A stretch of 31,742 nucleotides of DNA from an uncultured archaeon. Lineage in GTDB: Archaea; Asgardarchaeota; Lokiarchaeia; Sigyniarchaeales; SOKP01. Numbering within the stretch: the first letter of the stretch is position 1; every line of letters starts with the position of its first letter. This document shows, in pieces, positions 26,186-31,742 of the stretch. The notes beneath the pieces were generated by a model, which searched no databases, had not been told where the DNA came from, and saw only the letters and a program-made list of their open reading frames with translations. The DNA lies in contig CAZDTP010000050.1 in the NCBI GenBank assembly GCA_964508365.1, forward strand, positions 1 to 31,742. The letters run 5' to 3'. A program made the translations under genes and the position numbers.

Positions 26186-27631
26186 TCACTTATAAGATTT
26201 TTTCGTAAAACTTTTTTTTGCTCTATCTATTATTCTTTCGAGGTCGTTCTTCATGTCATCGGGCAAGGGTACTGGTTCATGCTTTGCTAGTATCTCTTCT
26301 TTAATCAAACGACATCGATCTTCCATACTTTTTGCTCCTTTTTTTACCCATGTATCGTAATTATTCCTATCTAAGATTTTTGGGATCCATAAAGACCTTC
26401 TAACATTCTTAGCAGTGTGTCGCTTATTGAGGAAACTCCCTTTAGGACCCGCTTCGCTAATTATATCGAAAGCGAAGTCGTCTTCATCGAAATTAAGAGT
26501 TCTATTTGTGCTTTCAATATAAGAAATAATTTCAGATTGCATTACCAAGATTTCTAAAGACGTACCTTGATCCATACCCCCTATACCCATATGGCCAAAT
26601 ATGTCAGCTCCAGAAGCTCTTCCCATAGATAGAGTAATTCCGGTCTCAAATCCTGCTTGAGCATCGGGTATTTTAGAATCTGTTAATCCAGCATTAATGT
26701 ATACGGGAAAACCGTACGACTTTCCCATTTCACACATAGCAACGCTAAAAATAGTTTGTTCCGGACCACCAAAGATTATTTGGGCAGTTCTCATGTCAAA
26801 AGCGTGGCAGATTCCACCGTAGCATACGGGCATTCCTTCTTTAATTAGTTGAGTTATACATATTGCAGCTAAAATTTCTGCGTTTTCTTGAGCCATGGTT
26901 CCAGCTATAGTAGCGGGAGCGGAAACTCCCATTTGAGCCATCGGTCCGATATGTACAGGAAGGTTGAGCCGAGCAGTCTCGAATAATAAATCGATTCCAT
27001 TGAATGGAAAACTTAAAGGACTAACAGGCTCAAACAACGGATAGAACAACGGATATTTCTGAGCTTCTTTTTGACCTCCTCTAAGAGACACAAGAAAATC
27101 AACGAGATATTTAGCTGATAACCGATCGTAAAACCAAAAAGTAATTGGTTTATCTGTGTTTTTGACCATTTCTAATGCTACTTGCATACTTCGCCATTCT
27201 ACGGGGATTTCAAGAGGATCTGACATGGCACCTGGTATATTTATTTGATCTAAAGCATCCGCTAATCGAACAGCGGTCTCAACATCTTTCAAAGTAGTAT
27301 GCCTGCGCGTTTTCCCACTATTTTCAATAAAAAATGATTGTCCTGCAGAAGAGTTGTAATTATGTTTTCCTAATCCAAATTCTGCTTTTTTTGAAACATC
27401 ACGCCCATAAAGAGTGAACTTTTTACCCGCTTTAGAGACGAGTTCCATAACTATTTCTGAAGGAATTTTCACAATTTTATTATTTTTTTCCTTGTGTGCG
27501 CCGTAATCTATAAACCGAGACAGGATTTCTTCATGAGGTATGTAAACTCCAATATTTTCAAGAATGGTAAGAGAATTGGTATGAATTTTATCAATTTGTT
27601 GTTTATCAAGTATTTTAACTTGCATAATCAC
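26186..27631 (-). CDS. MttB-superfamily (trimethylamine methyltransferase-like) protein, non-pyrrolysine
   Basis: SPLSF, APATIAGTMAQENAEILA, AGLTDSKIPDAQAGFE, PKILDRNNYDTW; no in-frame TAG; ATG at 27625 is a likely start. Confidence 0.9.
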   Translation of the reverse strand: MIMQVKILDKQQIDKIHTNSLTILENIGVYIPHEEILSRFIDYGAHKEKNNKIVKIPSEIVMELVSKAGKKFTLYGRDVSKKAEFGLGKHNYNSSAGQSFFIENSGKTRRHTTLKDVETAVRLADALDQINIPGAMSDPLEIPVEWRSMQVALEMVKNTDKPITFWFYDRLSAKYLVDFLVSLRGGQKEAQKYPLFYPLFEPVSPLSFPFNGIDLLFETARLNLPVHIGPMAQMGVSAPATIAGTMAQENAEILAAICITQLIKEGMPVCYGGICHAFDMRTAQIIFGGPEQTIFSVAMCEMGKSYGFPVYINAGLTDSKIPDAQAGFETGITLSMGRASGADIFGHMGIGGMDQGTSLEILVMQSEIISYIESTNRTLNFDEDDFAFDIISEAGPKGSFLNKRHTAKNVRRSLWIPKILDRNNYDTWVKKGAKSMEDRCRLIKEEILAKHEPVPLPDDMKNDLERIIDRAKKSFTKKSYK

Positions 27632-27886
27632 TCACTAGTAGTAATATCTAGAGAGTTAAAAACCCATATTAAATAATACAAATACTATTTGTTTTGGATT
27701 TTTTATACTATTAATATAAAACACTCTTCCGCAAACTTATTTCGTTATAAAATTGACGTCAACAAGAGCGAGAATATTTATATTCAATAATCTAAAGAAA
27801 TTAATAAGTATCTAAATATTATTCACTCGTGAGAGTCTATATTAATAATACTTTTAAGGTGAATTAATTTACCAGTTCAAAACTTT

Positions 27887-28354
27887 ATGGAATTGTATAA
27901 ATTTCTACCAAAAACCAACTGTAAAAAATGCGGAAAGCCTACATGTATGGCGTTTAGTTTAGATTTATTGCAAGGAAAAGTTAAAGTAGATGATTGTCCT
28001 CCATTATTGGAACCCAAATATAAAAAACAATACGATGCATTAAAGGAACTATTAGGTTCTGAAGAAGGACAACAGAAAGAACTAAAGATAAATATAGATG
28101 ATAAGCTTTGTGATGGTTGTGGAATTTGTGTTACCGTATGCCCCGTAAACGCGAGATATTGTCCATCAAGTCTAAGTGGAAAAGCTCCAGAGTATCCCCC
28201 TGAGGAACACCAGCTATTTCAAGTAATTGGAGGAAAATGTGAATTGTTAAAAATCGAACACTGTAGAAGATTAGACGCAGAAGGGAGAGAGAGGGAGTGT
28301 CGCGTTTGTGAGACTTATTGCCCTCGCGAAGCAGTTAAAATTGAATATGTATAA
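27887..28354 (+). CDS. Fe-S binding domain (RnfB/AcsC N-terminal type) fused to a ferredoxin
   Basis: LYKFLPKTNCKKCGKPTCMAF...CPPL, then CDGCGICVTVCP and CRVCETYCP. Confidence 0.85.
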   Translation: MELYKFLPKTNCKKCGKPTCMAFSLDLLQGKVKVDDCPPLLEPKYKKQYDALKELLGSEEGQQKELKINIDDKLCDGCGICVTVCPVNARYCPSSLSGKAPEYPPEEHQLFQVIGGKCELLKIEHCRRLDAEGRERECRVCETYCPREAVKIEYV

Positions 28355-28389
28355 TTAGTAATTCATTAAAACCAGTTGATGAATAGATA

Positions 28390-29697
28390 ATGAAAAGATT
28401 TACTTGTTCAGGTTGTTCGCTCCTATGCGATGATATCATCGTTCAAAGCGATGGATTATTTATTAGTGAAGTTATAGGGGCTTGTTTAAAGGGAAAAGAA
28501 AGGTTCGATCTAGTGAGTGCTAAAAACAGGATTATAAGTCCTTTGATTAGAAAAGATGGAGAATTAAAAGAAGCATCATGGGATGAAGCTATTAAGAAAG
28601 CTATAGAAATCATTAAAAACTCTTCTATTCCACTACTATATGGTTTTTCAAATGTATCCTGTGAAGCTCAAGATGCAGGAATTAAGTTAGCGCAAAAAAT
28701 TGATGGTTTCATAGACTCAAACGCTTCAATTTGTCAGGGGAAGATCTTTAATAAAGCAAAAAGTCTTGGAATAAACCTAACGACTATTACAGAGATTATT
28801 AATAAGGGAGATTTAATTATTTTATGGGGAGCTAATCCAGCAGAAACGGTCCCTCGCTTATTAAATAAAGTTCTCTTTTCTCGGGGTAAATTTCGCATGA
28901 CGGGAAGAGAAATTAAAACATTAGTGATAGTGGATCCTATAAAAACAGCATCTTTTAGAGTAATGGGTGTAAGAGATCTTCCTTTAATCATAGAGCCAAA
29001 TAAGGATATTGACTTAATTCGTATGTTAAAAGAAGAATGTTGTACTGCAAATAGTATCCCATCTCAAGGGGTCGCTGGAATAGATAAGAATGATCTTAAG
29101 AGACTATTACTCCATCTTACAGGTGCTGAAAACGGTGTGATAATTCTTGGCCAAGGGGTTATACAACCTCACCCCGATTATGATCTGGTTGAAGAATTAT
29201 TGGAATTATTACAAATGATAAATAAAAGGCAAGAAAAAGGTCGAATATCGTTGCTTATAATGGGAGGTCATTTTAACATGGCAGGATTCGATCATGTAGC
29301 GCTCTCTGCTTATGGAGTTTCGGGTCATTTAGAATTCAAACACAATCAAATGGTGAAAACAGAGGATACATTGGTTTCTAAAATTGAAAAAGAAGACTTC
29401 GATAGTTCTATCATCGTTGGGACAGACCCTATTTCTCATTTACCTCATTCATTAAGCTCTAAAATAGCGAAAAAACCACTTATTCTTATAGATAACCACA
29501 GCACAGCAACTTCACATATAGCAGATGTAGTGTTACCAACAGCAATAACGGGAATTGAAAGCGGTGGATTAGCTTATCGCCTAGATCAAGTACCCATTGA
29601 GTTAAATAAATTATTAAATCCACCTAATAATCTTCCTTCAGATGAGGAATTACTCAATCAATTACATGGATTATTAAATAAAGGGGGGTCGGAATAA
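28390..29697 (+). CDS. fwdB: Formylmethanofuran dehydrogenase subunit B-like (divergent)
   Basis: CSGCSLLCDD...GAC Fe-S motif, NASIC, WGANP, GHFN, VGTDP, ADVVLPTAITGIESGG.AYRLD. Confidence 0.85.
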   Translation: MKRFTCSGCSLLCDDIIVQSDGLFISEVIGACLKGKERFDLVSAKNRIISPLIRKDGELKEASWDEAIKKAIEIIKNSSIPLLYGFSNVSCEAQDAGIKLAQKIDGFIDSNASICQGKIFNKAKSLGINLTTITEIINKGDLIILWGANPAETVPRLLNKVLFSRGKFRMTGREIKTLVIVDPIKTASFRVMGVRDLPLIIEPNKDIDLIRMLKEECCTANSIPSQGVAGIDKNDLKRLLLHLTGAENGVIILGQGVIQPHPDYDLVEELLELLQMINKRQEKGRISLLIMGGHFNMAGFDHVALSAYGVSGHLEFKHNQMVKTEDTLVSKIEKEDFDSSIIVGTDPISHLPHSLSSKIAKKPLILIDNHSTATSHIADVVLPTAITGIESGGLAYRLDQVPIELNKLLNPPNNLPSDEELLNQLHGLLNKGGSE

Positions 29698-29698
29698 C

Positions 29699-30076
29699 AT
29701 GGAATTTATATTAAACTCGATGAGAAAAATCGATAATGATCAAGCAAAAGAACATGCTTTCGGGACAGAACAATCCTTAGAAGAGAATTTAGCTATTTGT
29801 TTTATTAATCCTAAAGATTTTGAAAAATTAAAGTTAGTTTCCAGCCTACAACTAAAAATATCGAATGAAGAAAAGTATGTTATAGTTAAAGTTGAGAAAG
29901 ATGATAACATTCCTGAAGGAATGGTTGCAATGCCCGTTTCTATATGGTCAAATCGGTTATCAGTAGTTCAAAATAATGAACTTCAAACCAAAAACATCGT
30001 TGTGAATGTGGAAGCTACACATGAACCAATAATGAAATTTAAAGAAATAATACAAGAACTTTTGGTGAAAAAATAA
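29699..30076 (+). CDS. fwdD: Formylmethanofuran dehydrogenase subunit D-like (molybdopterin dinucleotide-binding fold)
   Basis: FILNS.R, CFINPKD, IPEGMVAMP..WSN; lies between fwdB and fwdA. Confidence 0.75.
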   Translation: MEFILNSMRKIDNDQAKEHAFGTEQSLEENLAICFINPKDFEKLKLVSSLQLKISNEEKYVIVKVEKDDNIPEGMVAMPVSIWSNRLSVVQNNELQTKNIVVNVEATHEPIMKFKEIIQELLVKK

Positions 30077-30077
30077 G

Positions 30078-31742
30078 ATGACAAAACTTCTTGTAAAAAA
30101 CGGTTTTGTGTTTGACCCCTTTAATAACATTGAAGGCGATAAAAAGGACATTTTAATTGATGAAGGAAAAGTTATAGATAAATTCGTAAGCGGTAAAGAT
30201 ATTAAAGAAATAGACGCAAAAGGGAAAACTGTTATTCCCGCAGCAGTAGAAATTCACGCTCATGTAGCCTCCCAACAACTTAATTGGGTTCGATTATTAG
30301 GTTCTGCTAATCACAATTTTCAGAATCTATGGAATGGCTTGACTCTAAATGCTATTGCTAAAGACTATGTTTCAAACGGATATACTTTTATTCTTGAAGC
30401 TAACGTTTTTCCATCGCTAACAAAACAGACTATTTTTGACTTAAAACGATTACCCGTGTTAGATAAAGCGTTCTTATTAAATACCAGTAATTTATGGGCC
30501 TTAGAACTTGAGTTTCAGAAAAAGATGGTTGAAGAAGGTGCTGTTTTTTTATCAAATCTATTGGAGAAAGTTAAGGGTTTTGGTTTGAAAGTCTACAATC
30601 CTTTCGAAGCAGAAGATTGGAATTGGAAAGTGATTAGAAAAAACTTAACAGAAAAAGGAAGGTTATTCAACTTCACTCCTATGGATGTGTATGAAAAACT
30701 CCCTATATTTGTAGAGCATTTAGGATTACCTCATTCGATTCATGCTCATGTTGAAGGGTACGAGACCCAATATTCAAAAGAAAACTTACTCGCAACTTTA
30801 AACAAAGTAAGATCGCTTGGATTAAAACCCAATCCAAAAAGCGATTTTGGAATAAAGCGATCTCAAATATTTCATCTCGCACATGGCTCAAGTTATAATA
30901 TAGACGGGGATAATTCTGAGTTGATTAAATTTTATAACGAAAATCAAGATTTTGACATGGATTTGGGATTTATAGGTTTTAACGCTCTAAACCCTTTGAT
31001 TACTTCCGATCGGCATCTTATAAACAAACTAATTAATTCAGCAGACACTTACAAACTAATTAGATCTTCTGTAGAATCTGAAGGAGACTCCTTCGCAACC
31101 CTCAGAAAATTCAGTAAAAAAAAGAAAGATGATTGCGAAATGTGGGCAAACGCGATTGATTTAGCATTAAACATAACTCCCTGGCAATTACAATTTTCAA
31201 TAAATTATCCAAACTACGCAGATATTATAAATCTTCCTGAAATCGCAAGCTGGTTAATTAGTAATAAAGCCCGCGAACAATTTATGAATGATATGGAAGC
31301 TAGCTTCTTGAAGGACAACTCTCTAATTAGTAACAGTAAAGTATTAACATTTAATGATTTTATTATTTTAACTCGGTCGAGTCCTGCTAAATCTCTAGGT
31401 ATTGGGAGTATCAAGGGGAACTTAGGTTTAGGAGCTGACGGTGACCTCAACATTCTAAATTTGAATTTAAATGATACAGATATTTCAAAAAACTATAAAG
31501 ATTTCAAATCTGCTCTCGGTAATATAGAATATGTAATAAAAGCAGGCGAAGTAATAAAAGACCATGAAAAAATTAACCTAAACAGTTCTGGAAAAATCTT
31601 TTGGGCTTCTGGCAAACCTGAAAAAGAAGACATTAAATCTATCTTAACAAAGAAAGAAGCCTTTTACCAAAAATATAATTCTAATTTCTACAATTCCTAC
31701 AACACAGATATCAATAAAGAAATATTGAGAAAGATAGTTTAA
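30078..31742 (+). CDS. fwdA: Formylmethanofuran dehydrogenase subunit A-like amidohydrolase (divergent)
   Basis: KNGFVFDP, EIHAH, GLKVYNP, LGLPHSIH, TRSSPAKSLG, GNLGLGADGD; complete, with TAA at the window end. Confidence 0.85.
   Translation: MTKLLVKNGFVFDPFNNIEGDKKDILIDEGKVIDKFVSGKDIKEIDAKGKTVIPAAVEIHAHVASQQLNWVRLLGSANHNFQNLWNGLTLNAIAKDYVSNGYTFILEANVFPSLTKQTIFDLKRLPVLDKAFLLNTSNLWALELEFQKKMVEEGAVFLSNLLEKVKGFGLKVYNPFEAEDWNWKVIRKNLTEKGRLFNFTPMDVYEKLPIFVEHLGLPHSIHAHVEGYETQYSKENLLATLNKVRSLGLKPNPKSDFGIKRSQIFHLAHGSSYNIDGDNSELIKFYNENQDFDMDLGFIGFNALNPLITSDRHLINKLINSADTYKLIRSSVESEGDSFATLRKFSKKKKDDCEMWANAIDLALNITPWQLQFSINYPNYADIINLPEIASWLISNKAREQFMNDMEASFLKDNSLISNSKVLTFNDFIILTRSSPAKSLGIGSIKGNLGLGADGDLNILNLNLNDTDISKNYKDFKSALGNIEYVIKAGEVIKDHEKINLNSSGKIFWASGKPEKEDIKSILTKKEAFYQKYNSNFYNSYNTDINKEILRKIV

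Noticed and set aside
27753-27762. TTGACGTCAA palindrome (eukaryotic CRE-like) in the mttB/fwd spacer
   Set aside because: Single 10-bp occurrence with no second copy seen and no bZIP protein nearby; it may be an operator but is unsupported.
26186-29697. Pyrrolysine or selenocysteine recoding in MttB or FwdB
   Set aside because: No in-frame TAG or TGA; the relevant codons are TTA (Leu) and TGT (Cys).
124-31453. Short overlapping ORFs in the track (e.g. 124..387, 2304..2570, 12969..13196, 16216..16458, 18240..18500, 28734..28991, 31214..31453)
   Set aside because: Antisense or alternate-frame shadows of well-supported genes, with no recognisable motifs.

Overview
AT-rich archaeal window, most likely from an Asgard archaeon (Lokiarchaeia-like). 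This is inferred from a longin-like protein, a Loki-type LRR protein, fwd-like genes, TATA-like boxes and oligo-T terminators. From left to right it holds: two tandem crotonases; an AbrB/PIN (VapBC) toxin-antitoxin pair; a nucleoside phosphorylase; an LRR protein; a glycyl radical enzyme with a 4x[4Fe-4S] ferredoxin but no activase; Sir2 and DsrE genes; a ~14 kb metallocluster-maturation region (TrmO-like, COG0731 radical SAM, IscU, four NifB/NifX paralogs, DUF5320, DtxR, DUF89, Mrp/ApbC, two MinD-ferredoxin ATPases); an MFS/PIG-L/non-pyrrolysine MttB operon; and, divergent from it, an Fe-S protein/fwdB/fwdD/fwdA-like operon with altered active-site motifs. By reading the DNA I also found items missing from or truncated in the ORF track. 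These are a palindromic operator (TGAAT-N4-ATTCA type) repeated seven times upstream of the NifX/DUF5320/Mrp genes, a decayed Sir2 fragment, a 50-aa ORF, a small gene broken by TAA, and two genes whose conserved N-termini lack an ATG/GTG/TTG start. I saw no rRNA, tRNA, CRISPR array or transposase. All family assignments come from motif recognition, not database searches.
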